In this document: piece by piece, positions 47,803 to 59,217 of the stretch
How the letters are laid out: each line of letters starts with the position of its first letter
Position numbering within the stretch: the first letter of the stretch is position 1
NCBI GenBank assembly: GCA_002069885.1
Contig: MWCD01000004.1
Location: 11,037 to 75,036, forward strand
Origin: a bacterium ADurb.Bin236
GTDB taxonomy: Bacteria; UBP15; UBA6099
Direction of reading: 5' to 3'
Length of the DNA: 64,000 bases
Position numbers and translations under genes: made by a program
Notes under the pieces: model-generated
Seen by the model: the letters and a program-made list of their open reading frames with translations, nothing else
The model's database searches: none
Told to the model about the DNA's origin: nothing

Positions 47803-49251
47803 CTACTCAAGACCCGTCAGTCCGCAAGCCGCAGCCAGTTTCGCCTTTGCCGTCTCATAGTCGAATTTTGATTTCGCCCGGTTCAAGCGCGCCTGAGTCA
47901 GCGCGTGCTCAGCATCTATAAGGTCTATGGCAGCCGTCACGCCTTCCTTGAACCCGATGTCCGCCATCCTGTACGCCTCTTCTGCCGCTTCCAGCATGGC
48001 TGCCGATGTCTCAAGCCTCAACTCAGCCTCTCCCAAAGATAGATACGCTTGGCTTATCTGCAGCGCTATCCCTTCTTTAAGGTCGGTCTCGGACAACGAC
48101 ACCTTGTCGTATGTCCTTTTTGATTGAGCTTTTCTCGTCCGCGAAATCCCAGCGTCAAACAACGGAATATCTCCGGCAATCACCGCGCGCCACGAATTTT
48201 CAGAACCGAAACCTGACCCACGAGAGGAAAGATTGTATATTCCCGCGAAGGCTATCGACGGCTTCATCTCCTGCAATCTCCCGGCGAGCAACACCTGATC
48301 CTTTGTCAGCTTTATCTGTTCAAGCTCAAGCCTGTTTTCAGATCCCAGCTTGTGGTAATATTCAATTTCCTTCAAAGACAGCGTCTGATATATCCCGCTG
48401 TCGCAGATTTCAGTTTTGTTTTCCACCGGCAGCCCCAACGTGTTGTTAAGCGCCATGCGGGACAGCTCCAGCCCCTTCTCCGCGCCGGCAAGCGATTCCC
48501 GCGCGCTTTCCACTTCAACCTTTGCCCTTATCACGCTGAACTTTGGAGCCATCCCCACGTCGTGCCTGCTCTCGGCTACTTTATAATGAGCTTCGGCCTG
48601 CGCGAGCGACTGTTTCTGCGTTTTCACTACTTCCTTCATAAGCAGCAGATTGAAGAAGCTTTCCTTTACTTTCTCCGTGAGCAGCACTTTTTCCACTTCG
48701 ACTCCCAGAAGAGCCTGCTCGCGCTGCCTCTTCAACGAATTGACTGCGTCCTCTCTCTTTCCGAACACAATCAAAGGTTTCGAAATCTTCAGATCGACGC
48801 CGTGCTGCCAATCTTTATTAAGGGAATACTCGATAAGAGTCGGTTCAGGCGATGCGACATACAGTCCGCCGTATCCGCCGATAACAGCCGTGCCGGTCGC
48901 GCTTATCGCTCCCGGATTAAAATAGTCCTGTATGTCCATCGGCATGTAAACAGGAGATGAAAGGCTCGACGGATCGTTGACTCTCTGATATGTGGCCTCG
49001 ATACCTATCTGCGTGCCGAACTGCGCGCGCGCTTCTGACACTTGATTCCGGGATTTTTCTAACTCCACAACCGTTGCCTTAAGGCTCCGGCTGTTGGTCA
49101 TGGCTATGCTTATCGCCCTATCCAAAGTAATTGGGGCGTCGGCAAGCGAGATTTCCTTTTCTAAATCGACTCCTTGAGCGTGACAGGCATTCACAATAAT
49201 CATCCCTGTCAGCAAAAACATCTTTATGAACTTGTTTTTTTGAGATTTCAT
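47803..49251 (-). CDS. TolC-family outer membrane efflux protein
   Basis: There is a signal peptide and two OEP repeats with coiled-coil segments. It is the first gene of the operon OMF-MFP-RND-TetR. Confidence 0.85.
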   Translation of the reverse strand: MKSQKNKFIKMFLLTGMIIVNACHAQGVDLEKEISLADAPITLDRAISIAMTNSRSLKATVVELEKSRNQVSEARAQFGTQIGIEATYQRVNDPSSLSSPVYMPMDIQDYFNPGAISATGTAVIGGYGGLYVASPEPTLIEYSLNKDWQHGVDLKISKPLIVFGKREDAVNSLKRQREQALLGVEVEKVLLTEKVKESFFNLLLMKEVVKTQKQSLAQAEAHYKVAESRHDVGMAPKFSVIRAKVEVESARESLAGAEKGLELSRMALNNTLGLPVENKTEICDSGIYQTLSLKEIEYYHKLGSENRLELEQIKLTKDQVLLAGRLQEMKPSIAFAGIYNLSSRGSGFGSENSWRAVIAGDIPLFDAGISRTRKAQSKRTYDKVSLSETDLKEGIALQISQAYLSLGEAELRLETSAAMLEAAEEAYRMADIGFKEGVTAAIDLIDAEHALTQARLNRAKSKFDYETAKAKLAAACGLTGLE

Positions 49252-49462
49252 TTAATGCGCCTCCGAGTGACGAGCCGCCGACCGACCGGTCGGTCGCTTT
49301 GTGAAAAGTATAACTATGCCTTTTTTTCTGTCAAGGCTCATTTTAAATATTTCTTTGTTTGATATTGTTTTTTATTTGTTGACGGTTTTGTCGCTATTGG
49401 CTTGCTTTTCTCTGTTTTGAACTTTTGACGCTTTATTTTGTTATAATTTTAGGAGAAGATAT

Positions 49463-51931
49463 ATGGATAATGAAATTTCTAACAATCATCTAAATAACTC
49501 GCGGCAACTGATTCTGCCTGTGTCGGGGATGTCGTGCGCGTCATGCGCCGCTAATATTGAAAAAAACATGTATACCCTACCCGGCGTAAAGAGCGCGGCT
49601 GTAAACTTCGCGGCGGAGAACGCTTCCGTATCATACGATGAAAAAGAAATATCCCCTGAAACGCTTATAACCCGCATTGAATCTATGGGTTACAAGGTTC
49701 CCCTAGAAAGAGCGGCGTTCTTAATTAAAGGAATATCATGCGCGTCATGCGTGGCGAGAGTCGAAACCGCGCTCCGGGCGCTGCCCGGCGTGATTCGCGC
49801 AAATGTCAACTTTGCGTCTCAGGAAGCGATGGTGGATTTCTCGCCGGGCGCTTTATCTCATTCAAGGATAATCGCTGCGATTGAAAAAGCGGGCGACTAT
49901 AAAGCCGAAGCGATAAAAGACGGCGGCGCCGGGTTCGACGACAGCGCTTCAAAACGGGCAGAGTTCGTATCTCTGCGTAACAAGTTCATCTTCAGCGCGG
50001 CATTGACGCTCCCCGTGGCATGGCTGAGCATGAGAGGAATGTTCGGCGGGGGGACGTCTCACCACTATCAGACTCCGAACCTCCTGTTGTTTTTCCTCTC
50101 GACTCCGGTCATGTTCTGGGCCGGAAGCGGTTTTTTGAAAGGATTCTATAAATCAGCTTTAAACCGCGCCGCCGATATGAACACACTGGTGGCGGTTGGC
50201 ACATCTGCGGCGTACATTTACAGCGCGGCGGCCACTTTCGCGCCCAGTCTTTTTTCGGAAGCGGGAAAAAATCCGGATGTATATTACGAGACCGCCTGCG
50301 TGATAATCACCTTGATACTTTTCGGAAGGATGCTTGAAGCGCGAGCGAAAGACAGAACGACGGAGGCGATACGGCGTCTAATGGGGCTTCGCCCTGCGAC
50401 TGCGCGAGTCGAACGGGACGGAAGCATAATCGAAGTCCCTATTGAAAACGTGGCGGTGGGAGATATCGTAGTTGTGAAACCCGGCGAGAGCATCCCTGTC
50501 GATGGAGTGGTTATTGGAGGCTCGTCAGCCGTCGACGAATCCATGCTCACAGGGGAAAGCGCGCCGGTAGAGAAATCCGTAGGAGACGAGGCGACGGGCG
50601 CGACCGTCAATTCCACCGGAAGCCTTAGAATCAAGGCCGCGCGGATAGGAGACGACACCGCGCTGTCTCAGATAATACGTCTGGTGAGGGAGGCGCAAGG
50701 CTCGAAAGCGCCGATACAGAGGACGGCGGACAGGGTTGCAGCGGTGTTCGTCCCGATAGTTATCGCCATAGCCGCGCTGTCCTTCGCCGTTTGGTATTTT
50801 GCCGCTCAGCAATCTTTTCAATTCTCGATGCTCATATTCATATCCGTGCTCATAATAGCGTGCCCCTGCGCGCTGGGGCTTGCCACGCCGACGGCGATAA
50901 TGGTCGGCTCCGGCCGGGGCGCGTCGATGGGGATTCTTATACGAAAGAGCGAAACGCTCGAAATAGCGGGCAAGCTCACCACCGTCGTGTTCGACAAAAC
51001 CGGCACTCTCACTAGAGGAAAACCATCCGTTTCCGACATCGTCCCCGCCTCCGGCATTGACGAGCGCGAGGTTGTTTCCGTCGCCGCGTCAGTCGAGAGC
51101 GATTCTGAACACCCGATAGCGTCCGCGATAATAACAAGAGCTTCCGAGACGGGCGTTCCGACTGCAAAAGCGGCTTCTTTCAAAGCCGAACCGGGTTTGG
51201 GAGCGGAGGCCGATGTGTCTGGCATCCGTTCGGCGGTGGGAAACGAAAAATTCATGAGGATGAAAAACATAACCTTCGCTTCGATGGCGGGCGCGCTCGA
51301 AAAACTTTATTCAGAAGGAAAAACCCTTGTCTATGTGTCAAAAGGAGAAACCCCGCTGGGAGTTATCGCGGTGGCGGACACTCTGAAGGAGAACGCTGCA
51401 GAGGCGACCGCCGAGTTGAAGCGCAGCGGGCTAGACGTCGTGATGCTTACGGGAGACAACGCGCGCGCGGCGCAGGCAATCGCAGCGAAAGCCGGGATAA
51501 CGAGAGTCATCGCGGAAGTCGCTCCCGGAGGCAAGGCGGATGTGATAAACAATCTTCGCGCGGACGGGGAAATCGTGGCGATGGTCGGGGACGGAATCAA
51601 CGACGCGCCCGCGCTCGCTGCAGCCGACATCGGAATCGCGCTCGGTTCAGGAACGGACATAGCGATGCAAGCGGCCGGCGCGACTCTTATCCGCGATAAT
51701 TTGATGGTCGTGCCGGCTGCGATAAAGCTGAGCCGCGCCACCCTCAAGACCATCAGAATGAACCTCTTCTGGGCTTTTGCGTACAACGTGGCTGGCATCC
51801 CTATAGCCGCAGGGATACTTTATCCATTCTTCGGATTCACCCTTAATCCTATGGTGGCATCAGCGGCGATGGCTCTTTCATCCGTGTCTGTGGTGACGAA
51901 CTCTCTGCTGCTGGCAAAGAAAAGGATTTGA
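49463..51931 (+). CDS. copA: Copper-translocating P1B-type ATPase with two N-terminal HMA domains
   Basis: [12 protein letters not shown] and [12 protein letters not shown] are the HMA motifs. [10 protein letters not shown] is the CPC motif. FDKTGTLT and GDGINDAP are the P-type ATPase motifs. Confidence 0.95.
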   Translation: MDNEISNNHLNNSRQLILPVSGMSCASCAANIEKNMYTLPGVKSAAVNFAAENASVSYDEKEISPETLITRIESMGYKVPLERAAFLIKGISCASCVARVETALRALPGVIRANVNFASQEAMVDFSPGALSHSRIIAAIEKAGDYKAEAIKDGGAGFDDSASKRAEFVSLRNKFIFSAALTLPVAWLSMRGMFGGGTSHHYQTPNLLLFFLSTPVMFWAGSGFLKGFYKSALNRAADMNTLVAVGTSAAYIYSAAATFAPSLFSEAGKNPDVYYETACVIITLILFGRMLEARAKDRTTEAIRRLMGLRPATARVERDGSIIEVPIENVAVGDIVVVKPGESIPVDGVVIGGSSAVDESMLTGESAPVEKSVGDEATGATVNSTGSLRIKAARIGDDTALSQIIRLVREAQGSKAPIQRTADRVAAVFVPIVIAIAALSFAVWYFAAQQSFQFSMLIFISVLIIACPCALGLATPTAIMVGSGRGASMGILIRKSETLEIAGKLTTVVFDKTGTLTRGKPSVSDIVPASGIDEREVVSVAASVESDSEHPIASAIITRASETGVPTAKAASFKAEPGLGAEADVSGIRSAVGNEKFMRMKNITFASMAGALEKLYSEGKTLVYVSKGETPLGVIAVADTLKENAAEATAELKRSGLDVVMLTGDNARAAQAIAAKAGITRVIAEVAPGGKADVINNLRADGEIVAMVGDGINDAPALAAADIGIALGSGTDIAMQAAGATLIRDNLMVVPAAIKLSRATLKTIRMNLFWAFAYNVAGIPIAAGILYPFFGFTLNPMVASAAMALSSVSVVTNSLLLAKKRI

Positions 51932-52098
51932 GGATAGCGATACCGCGCACGCAGTCTTCCGGCTCGTCATCGGCGGACAAACCGTCTGCAGGCGGTTGAA
52001 AAACAAATTATTCCAGCATTTGACAAACAAAAACGGCGGGACTACACTATTTTGTTGCTTTGAGAGGGACGTTCAGTTTCGAGCGTCCGGGATAGGGT

Positions 52099-53424
52099 AT
52101 GCTTGACAGCTTTACAGAGAAGCTAGGCGGGATATTCCGCAAGCTGGGCGGCAAAGGCCGCATCACCGAAAGCAATGTGCAGGAGGCGCTGCGCGAGCTT
52201 CGCTTCACTTTGCTCGACGCCGACGTGAATTTTGAGGTTGTCAAGAAGTTCATCGCCAACGTGAAAGAAGCCGCGATGGGCGAGGAAGTTCTCAAGAGCC
52301 TCACCCCGCACCAGCAGTTTTTCAAGATTGTTAAAGACAATCTGATAGACATGCTGGGAGGCGAACACGCCGCGCTGGCTACCGGCCCGAAGAAACCCAC
52401 AGTGTATTTGCTCTGCGGGCTTCAAGGCTCAGGCAAAACAACCACTTGCGGCAAGCTCGCGGGCCAGCAATCGAAAAAAGGCAAACGCGTCCTCGCCACG
52501 CCTCTGGACATTTACCGTCCGGCGGCAATAGAGCAATTGAGAGTGGTGGCCGGAAAGACGGGCGTCTCCTTCTTCTTCCCTGAAGGCGACAACGACCCTG
52601 TTTCCATCGCTCGCAAGGCCGTCTCTCACGCTGAAGACAACAACTATGATTTGTTGCTGCTTGACACTGCGGGCCGCCTGCACGTGGATGAGAAGATGAT
52701 GGAGGAAGTGCGAGCCATCATATCCGCCGTGAATCCCACCGAAGTTCTTCTGGTGGTGGACGGAATGACCGGGCAGGACGCGGTGAACATCGCCACTTCC
52801 TTCGACCCGGTGGGAGTGACGGGGATCGTGCTGACCAAGATGGACGGCGACACCAGAGGCGGAGCCGCCCTTTCGGTGAAGTACGCCACCGGCAAGCCTA
52901 TCAAGCTTATCGGCACAGGAGAAAAGTTCGACGCGCTCGAATCTTTCCATCCCGACAGGTTCGTCTCAAGAATCCTCGACATGGGAGACATGCTTTCCCT
53001 GATTGAAAAGGTCGAGGCCAATTTGGACGACGAGGACGCCAGAAAACTCGAAAAGAAACTGATGTCCAACAAGTTCGACCTTGAGGATTTCAGGAATCAG
53101 ATAAAACAGGTCAGGAAACTCGGCCCGATAGCCAATCTGCTGGGCATGATACCCGGTTTCAGCGGCCTGAAGAAGCATGTGTCTGACGACATGGCCGAGC
53201 AGCAGGTGGGAAGAATCGAGGCGATAATCTGCTCGATGACTCCGGACGAGCGAAAGAATCCCGGAGTGATCAACGCGAGCAGAAAGAGACGGATATCGAA
53301 AGGAAGCGGGACGACTGTGCAGGAAGTCAACCAGCTTCTGAAGCAGTTTGACATGATGAAGAAGATGATAACCCAGATGCAAAAAGGCGCGATGAGGCAG
53401 CCGGGGTTTGGAAAATTTAGATAA
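52099..53424 (+). CDS. ffh: Signal recognition particle protein Ffh
   Basis: N, G and M domains are present. LLCGLQGSGKTTTCGKLA and DTAGRL lie in the G domain. Confidence 0.95.
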   Translation: MLDSFTEKLGGIFRKLGGKGRITESNVQEALRELRFTLLDADVNFEVVKKFIANVKEAAMGEEVLKSLTPHQQFFKIVKDNLIDMLGGEHAALATGPKKPTVYLLCGLQGSGKTTTCGKLAGQQSKKGKRVLATPLDIYRPAAIEQLRVVAGKTGVSFFFPEGDNDPVSIARKAVSHAEDNNYDLLLLDTAGRLHVDEKMMEEVRAIISAVNPTEVLLVVDGMTGQDAVNIATSFDPVGVTGIVLTKMDGDTRGGAALSVKYATGKPIKLIGTGEKFDALESFHPDRFVSRILDMGDMLSLIEKVEANLDDEDARKLEKKLMSNKFDLEDFRNQIKQVRKLGPIANLLGMIPGFSGLKKHVSDDMAEQQVGRIEAIICSMTPDERKNPGVINASRKRRISKGSGTTVQEVNQLLKQFDMMKKMITQMQKGAMRQPGFGKFR

Positions 53425-53460
53425 ATAGTATATAATTATAAGATTGACCGGAGGTGAAAT

Positions 53461-53709
53461 GTGGCGGTAAGGTTGAGACTGGCAAGAACCGGAAGGAAGC
53501 ATGTCCCGCACTACAGAGTCGTTGCGGCCGAGCAATCGAAGGCCAGAGACGGAAGATTCGTGGAGATACTGGGACACTTTGATCCGGCGAACTACCCCGA
53601 ATCCATAACCCTGAACGAAGACCGGGTTCTGGATTGGTTGAACAAAGGCGCACAGCCGAGCGACGCGGTTAAAAAGCTGCTATCGGCCAAAGGCTTGCTG
53701 AGCAAGTAA
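53461..53709 (+). CDS. rpsP: 30S ribosomal protein S16 (GTG start)
   Basis: VAVRLRLARTGRKHVPHYRVVAAE... Confidence 0.95.
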   Translation: MAVRLRLARTGRKHVPHYRVVAAEQSKARDGRFVEILGHFDPANYPESITLNEDRVLDWLNKGAQPSDAVKKLLSAKGLLSK

Positions 53710-53746
53710 GCGCCGGTTGACGCAATGTCCGGGAGGAGGTGTTCGT

Positions 53747-53977
53747 ATGAACGAATTACTGCAACTGCTGGTGAAGTCGATAGTCGACACTCCTGAAGAA
53801 GTGACCATATCCGAAGTCGTGGGCGAAAAAGCGGTCGTGTACGAGATCAAAGTCGCTGAATCGGACATCGGAAAAGTGATCGGAAAACAGGGGCGGATAA
53901 TCAACGCCATCCGCACGATTGTAAGAGCCGCGGCTGTGAAAGACGGCAAAAAGGTATCCATAGAGCTTCTCGGATGA
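53747..53977 (+). CDS. KH-domain RNA-binding protein (KhpA/YlqC-like)
   Basis: GKVIGKQGRIINAIRTIV is the KH GXXG motif. It holds the conserved position between rpsP and rimM. Confidence 0.85.
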   Translation: MNELLQLLVKSIVDTPEEVTISEVVGEKAVVYEIKVAESDIGKVIGKQGRIINAIRTIVRAAAVKDGKKVSIELLG

Positions 53978-54495
53978 GCCGGCTTGTCAACATCGGAATC
54001 GTCAGAGGTTCCCATGGCATAAGGGGATGGGTGAAGGTTTCGCTTCTCACCGACGACCCCGACAGGTTCGCTCTCCTGAAGAAAGTTGTTGTGGAGAAGG
54101 CCGAAGGCAAACCCGGAGGCCCCGGCGAACTCAGGCTGGAAGGCTCGAAGAAGCACTCTGGCAACGTGTTGCTGAAATTCGAGGGGATCGACACCCCGGA
54201 AGACGCGGCCAAGCTCAAGGGCTGTCTGGTCAGGATTCCGGAGGAGGAAACCCTTCCGATAACTGAGAAGGACACATACTACGTCTACCAACTAGAAGGC
54301 CTCAAGGTGTTCGACGCCGGAGGGGAAGAGTTGGGGATTCTGGAGGCTGTGATGTCCGCGAGCGGCAACGAGTTTTATGTGATTCGTTCCGCGGACGGAA
54401 AAACTGAATATATGGCGCCGGCGATAAAAGCGTGCGTCAAAGAGATCGACCTAGAGCGCGGCGCGATGACAATCGACAAGGCTTGGACGACATGA
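53974..54495 (+). CDS. rimM: 16S rRNA processing protein RimM
   Basis: IGIVRGSHGIRGWVKV... with a PRC-barrel C-terminus. Confidence 0.9.
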   Translation: MSRLVNIGIVRGSHGIRGWVKVSLLTDDPDRFALLKKVVVEKAEGKPGGPGELRLEGSKKHSGNVLLKFEGIDTPEDAAKLKGCLVRIPEEETLPITEKDTYYVYQLEGLKVFDAGGEELGILEAVMSASGNEFYVIRSADGKTEYMAPAIKACVKEIDLERGAMTIDKAWTT

Positions 54496-55238
54496 GAGTC
54501 CACGTGATAACGCTCTTTCCGGAACTGGTGGAATTCTACGCCGGGTTGAGCTTGGTGGGCAAAGCCCGCGAGAAAGGTCTTATAGAGGTCTCGGCGACGC
54601 AACTGAGAGACTGGGCCTGCGACAAGCACAGAACCGTCGACGACACGCCGTACGGCGGAGGGGCCGGGATGATTCTTAAACCGGATGTGCTGGCGGCGGC
54701 GATAGACGATGTCGCCGGAGCGCCGGGAACTCCCGGAAGGATGCCGGTGGTGTTCACCACTCCGCGAGGCCGAAAGTTCGACTCTGCCCTCGCCCGCAAA
54801 TATGGAGAGACTCCGGAATGGACGGTCGTCTGCGGACACTACGGCGGAATAGACGCGCGGGTGGTGGAAAGCAGGGCTACGGATGAAATCTCCATCGGGG
54901 ATTTCGTGCTTATGGGCGGCGAGCTTGCGGCGCTGGCGATGATCGAGGCGGCGGCCCGGTTTGTTCCGGGAGCGCTCGGCAACGCCGAATCGGCGGAGAC
55001 GGACACCTTCGAGGACTCCCTCTTAGGCCCGCCGCTTTACACCCGCCCCCCGGAGTTCGAGGGGATGGCGGTTCCGGAGGAACTTATCTCCGGGCACCAC
55101 GCAAAAATCGCCGAATGGCGAAGGCTTAAAAGCTTGGAGACGACTTTCAGGCGAAGGCCGGACCTGCTGGAAGGCGCGGAATTGAGCGACAAAGATGTAA
55201 AGTTCATCAAGTCGCTTAAATGTTCTGGAAACGAATAA
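54492..55238 (+). CDS. trmD: tRNA (guanine37-N1)-methyltransferase TrmD
   Basis: MRVHVITLFPE...DDTPYGGGAGMILKP... Confidence 0.9.
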   Translation: MRVHVITLFPELVEFYAGLSLVGKAREKGLIEVSATQLRDWACDKHRTVDDTPYGGGAGMILKPDVLAAAIDDVAGAPGTPGRMPVVFTTPRGRKFDSALARKYGETPEWTVVCGHYGGIDARVVESRATDEISIGDFVLMGGELAALAMIEAAARFVPGALGNAESAETDTFEDSLLGPPLYTRPPEFEGMAVPEELISGHHAKIAEWRRLKSLETTFRRRPDLLEGAELSDKDVKFIKSLKCSGNE

Positions 55239-55292
55239 AGGCCGCGAGATCGCGGAACCTTAACGAATAAGATTAAAGACAGGAGCAGCGGT

Positions 55293-55685
55293 ATGAGAAT
55301 CAAGGCGATTGAGCAGTTTGAAAAAGACTACATGAAAAAGGCCGAAGACATCCCGAAGTTCGAAGTCGGGGATTTGGTGAAAGTGGACCATAAGATTGTC
55401 GAAGGCGGCAAAGAACGCACGCAGGTGTTTCAGGGCGTGGTGATAAGGAAGAGAGGCGGGGGGCTGGGCGCGACGTTCACCGTGCGCAAGACATCCTTCT
55501 CCATAGGCGTTGAAAAAACGTTCCCGCTGCACTCGCCGAGGGTGGAAAAAGTCACCATCGTCCGGCACAGCAAAGTCAGGCGCGCCCGCTTGTACTATCT
55601 GCGCGACCTTTCAGGCAAATCCGCGAGACTCAAAGAGCGCATCGTCGTCAGGAAGAAACAGAAATCCTCCGAAAGCGCGACGTGA
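55293..55685 (+). CDS. rplS: 50S ribosomal protein L19
   Basis: ...[42 protein letters not shown]... Confidence 0.95.
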   Translation: MRIKAIEQFEKDYMKKAEDIPKFEVGDLVKVDHKIVEGGKERTQVFQGVVIRKRGGGLGATFTVRKTSFSIGVEKTFPLHSPRVEKVTIVRHSKVRRARLYYLRDLSGKSARLKERIVVRKKQKSSESAT

Positions 55686-55710
55686 CGCCGGCGTTGCTTC
55701 GGTTTTGAAG

Positions 55711-56562
55711 ATGCCCGACGGTAAAGACAACATCCCATCAATACGGGTGGAGGTCAAGCCGGATTCAGTGGTGTCCGACGGACTTTCCGAAGTTGTCGTA
55801 AAATGTTCTTTCAAAGACTCAAAAGGCAAGGCGGTCAAAGAAGACATTCCGGTGACCGCCGAATGCCGCAAGCTTAAATACAAAGAAGAAAAAACAGCCC
55901 GGGGCGGCTCCGTCACCTTCAAGATAAAGCCCCTTAAACCCACAGGAAAAACTAAAGTGGCAGTCTCTTCTCCACACGGAGAGCAGACCGCCGTTTTCTT
56001 TGTCAAACCGACTCCTAAGCAATATGTCAGAGACCTTCTTCAGGCGATAGTTCTGGCGTTTATCGTCGCGTTCGGGATAATCCGCCCCTTCATCCTTCAA
56101 ACCTATGTCATCCCGTCAAGCTCCATGGAACCGACTATCTACATAGGCGACAGGGTCGTCGGATTCATGTTCACGTATAGATTCAGGGAGCCGCAACGTG
56201 GCGAGATTATCGTTTTTAATCAGGACGGAGAACGCACTCCCCGCCCTATCCCTATACCTTTCCTGAAAGACCCGAAAACCAATTTCATTAAGCGGGTCGT
56301 CGCGGTCGGCGGAGACACCATTGAAGTAAGAGACCTCACAGTCTATGTAAATCACATGCCAATCAACGAGCCTTATATCAAGGCCCCTCCCCTCTACAAT
56401 ATGCCGGCCGTGAAAGTGCCCGAAGGACATGTCTTCCTTATGGGAGACAACAGGAACAACAGCAACGACAGTCATGTCTGGGGTCCGCTGCCTCTGAAAA
56501 ACGTGCGCAGCAAAGGATGGGCTAGATTCTGGCCTCTGGATAGAATTAAAATCTTAAAGTAA
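55711..56562 (+). CDS. lepB: Signal peptidase I with an unusual ~100-aa beta-rich N-terminal extension before the TM helix
   Basis: SSMEPT (catalytic Ser), ...FIKRVVAVGGD (Lys box) and GDNRNNSNDSHVWG are the SPase I boxes. The track ORF's N-terminal part overlaps rplS, so it was trimmed to the Met at 55711. Confidence 0.8.
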   Translation: MPDGKDNIPSIRVEVKPDSVVSDGLSEVVVKCSFKDSKGKAVKEDIPVTAECRKLKYKEEKTARGGSVTFKIKPLKPTGKTKVAVSSPHGEQTAVFFVKPTPKQYVRDLLQAIVLAFIVAFGIIRPFILQTYVIPSSSMEPTIYIGDRVVGFMFTYRFREPQRGEIIVFNQDGERTPRPIPIPFLKDPKTNFIKRVVAVGGDTIEVRDLTVYVNHMPINEPYIKAPPLYNMPAVKVPEGHVFLMGDNRNNSNDSHVWGPLPLKNVRSKGWARFWPLDRIKILK

Positions 56563-56655
56563 TTTCTTCAATGACGAATCCCGGTTGAACCGGTTTAACG
56601 CAATGAAAACCGCCCCGGCTCGCCTATGGGAGGCGAGCCGGGATACTATCTTCGC

Positions 56656-59217
56656 TCATGCCCAGAGAATGATCCCCATCTTGAACGGGTCCTGAAGGCT
56701 CTTGTTGGTCGGAATGACGCGCAGGGTGTGGCCGTGCCTTCCGCTGTTAACCGCCGTTATGTCGCCTTTGAAGACGGTTGCGCCGTCGCCTGTGGTTCCC
56801 GCCGGTTGAAGCGTGACAATCGAAGGCTTGTCTATCATGCCGTCGGCGTTGAGAGGGCCGTGCACGCTCTGAACGAGAACATCGTCGGGAGTTAGGCCGG
56901 CCAACTCCACCTGCGCCTCGATCTCCATCTTGTCCCCGACTTTGACCATGTCGCCGCCGTTGCATTTCACAGAGCGGATTTTCAGGTTCTTCCAAACGCT
57001 CCGGACTTTGATTTTCCACTGAGTGAAGGCGCGCGTTTCGGCGCAATCGTTCTCGGTGAGCATATCGTGTCTGCGGGCGCAGGGGTCGTAAGTCTCGACA
57101 GCATATTGCTGAACCATCCGGTTCGTATTGAAGACCGGACAGTTGTTTTTCATCGAGTTCTTCATCATCTGAATCCATCTGCGGGGCAAGCCGTCCGAGC
57201 CGCGTTCGTAATAAAGAGGAACGACTTCTTTCTCCAAGATTTCATATAACTGATTTGCTTCAATCTCATCCTGATATTGATAGTTGTCATACACCTCGCC
57301 GTGGCCGATGGCCCATCCGAGGTCGGCGTTATAACCCTCGCACCACCATCCGTCCAGCACGCTGATGTTGAGAGCGCCGTTGGCGGTGGCCTTCATTCCG
57401 CTAGTGCCGCTGGCTTCCATCGGACGCCTCGGCGTGTTCAGCCAGATGTCCACTCCCTGAGTCATGTAGCGCGCAAGGAAGATGTCGTAGTTTTCCAGAA
57501 AGACGATGTGGGAGCGCAGTTCGGGGCGTCTGGCCTGATGGATGATGTGCTTGATAACCTCTTTGCCTTCGACGTCTCGCGGGTGCGCTTTCCCGGCGTA
57601 AATTATCTGAACCGGTCTGTCTTTGTCGTTTAGGAGCTTTATAAGCCTTTCAGGGTCTCTCATCAGCAGGTCGCCGCGTTTGTACGTGGCGAATCTGCGG
57701 GCGAAGCCTATGGTGAGAGCCTCTGGGTTGAGGACTTCGGCGGCCTTGCGGACTTCCGACGAAAGTGCGCCCTGCGACTCAAGCTGTTGGGCAAGTTTCC
57801 TTCTGGCAAACGCCACCAGCCTCTCCCGCCGCCGCTCGTGCGTCCTCCACAACTCCTCGGGCGGAATCACATCCGTTCTTTTCCACAGCTCTTTGTCCGT
57901 CGGGTCCGTTTTCCATTTCGGGCCGAGATATCTGTCGAGCAAGTCTGTCATTTCCTTCGACACCCATGAAAGAGTGTGGACGCCGTTCGTCACGTGAGTA
58001 ATCGGCACTTCGTCCACCGGCACGTCCGGCCAAATTCCGGCGAACATCTTTCTTGACACGTCTCCGTGAAGCTCGCTGACGCCGTTTATCAGAGCCGCGT
58101 TCTTTATCGCAAACACCGCCATGCTGAAACTCTCGGCCTTGTCCGACGGATTCTGCCTTCCCAGACCGAGAAATGCGTCTTCGCCGATTCCCAGAGCGTC
58201 GATGTATCTTTTCAAATACTTGACCACGATGTCCGGAGAGAAAATGTCGATGCCGGCGGGAACGGGCGTGTGAGTCGTAAAAACGTTGCTAGCTCTCACA
58301 ACCGATCTGGATTCCCAGAAGTCGAGGTTCTTAAGCCTCATGTATCTGGCAATCCGCTCCATGCTCAGGAAAGCCGAATGGCCCTCGTTCATGTGATAGA
58401 CGTTCGGCTCAATCCCGGCGGCAACCAGCGTCCTCACGCCGCCTATCCCCAGCAATATCTCCTGTTTCATCCTCAGATGGATGTCGCCGCCGTACAGCGC
58501 GCTGGTAATCTTGCAGTCTTCGGGGCTGTTCGCTTCCGGCAGGTTCGTGTCAAGCAACAGGAGCATGTTTCTGCCGACCTGAATGTTCCACACCTGCGCA
58601 GTCACCGTTCCGGTCGGGTACTCCACCTGTATCCTTACAGGCTTGCCGTCTTTGTCCGTCAACTGCCTAATCGGCATTGTGAAGAAATCGTTATCAAGAT
58701 ATTTCTCGTTTTGCCATCCGTCCGCGTTGAGATACTGAGCGAAATAACCTTCCTGATAGAGCAGGCCGATCCCCGTGAAAGGAATGCCGAGGTCGCTGGC
58801 GGCCTTGATATGGTCTCCGGAGAGCAGTCCCAGACCGCCCGAATAGTTGGTGATGCATTCGGTGAGTCCGAACTCCATCGAGAAATAAGCCACTTCGAGC
58901 GGATATTTCGGCTTCTGATAAGTCTGATACCATGTTTTCGGTTCGCCGAGATATTCAACAAGACTCTCATACGCGCGTTCGAGGTGGGCCATTATCGCGT
59001 CGTCGTTCTCGACTTCCTTCAGCCTGTTCTGTTTGATATGCCCCAGCATCTTCACCGGGTTGCCGTACATGTTGTCCCACAAGTCTCTGTCGAGTCTGCG
59101 GAACAGGTCCACCGTATCGTGATCCCAACTCCATCGGATGTTATACGCAAGCTCCATCAAAGTGTTAAGTTTTTCAGGAAGCGACGGAGCCACATGGAAA
59201 ACGTGACATGGTTTCAT
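56656..59217 (-). CDS. glgP: Alpha-glucan (glycogen/maltodextrin) phosphorylase, GT35, of the GlgP/DUF3417 type
   Basis: 853 aa, including ...AYFSMEFGL... and the PLP-lysine region ...TSGMKATANGALN... Confidence 0.9.
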   Translation of the reverse strand: MKPCHVFHVAPSLPEKLNTLMELAYNIRWSWDHDTVDLFRRLDRDLWDNMYGNPVKMLGHIKQNRLKEVENDDAIMAHLERAYESLVEYLGEPKTWYQTYQKPKYPLEVAYFSMEFGLTECITNYSGGLGLLSGDHIKAASDLGIPFTGIGLLYQEGYFAQYLNADGWQNEKYLDNDFFTMPIRQLTDKDGKPVRIQVEYPTGTVTAQVWNIQVGRNMLLLLDTNLPEANSPEDCKITSALYGGDIHLRMKQEILLGIGGVRTLVAAGIEPNVYHMNEGHSAFLSMERIARYMRLKNLDFWESRSVVRASNVFTTHTPVPAGIDIFSPDIVVKYLKRYIDALGIGEDAFLGLGRQNPSDKAESFSMAVFAIKNAALINGVSELHGDVSRKMFAGIWPDVPVDEVPITHVTNGVHTLSWVSKEMTDLLDRYLGPKWKTDPTDKELWKRTDVIPPEELWRTHERRRERLVAFARRKLAQQLESQGALSSEVRKAAEVLNPEALTIGFARRFATYKRGDLLMRDPERLIKLLNDKDRPVQIIYAGKAHPRDVEGKEVIKHIIHQARRPELRSHIVFLENYDIFLARYMTQGVDIWLNTPRRPMEASGTSGMKATANGALNISVLDGWWCEGYNADLGWAIGHGEVYDNYQYQDEIEANQLYEILEKEVVPLYYERGSDGLPRRWIQMMKNSMKNNCPVFNTNRMVQQYAVETYDPCARRHDMLTENDCAETRAFTQWKIKVRSVWKNLKIRSVKCNGGDMVKVGDKMEIEAQVELAGLTPDDVLVQSVHGPLNADGMIDKPSIVTLQPAGTTGDGATVFKGDITAVNSGRHGHTLRVIPTNKSLQDPFKMGIILWA

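Noticed and set aside
55510-55710. N-terminal 67 aa of the track's lepB ORF
   Set aside because: This part overlaps the 3' end of rplS in another frame and is Arg/Ser-rich. The start was moved to the Met at 55711.
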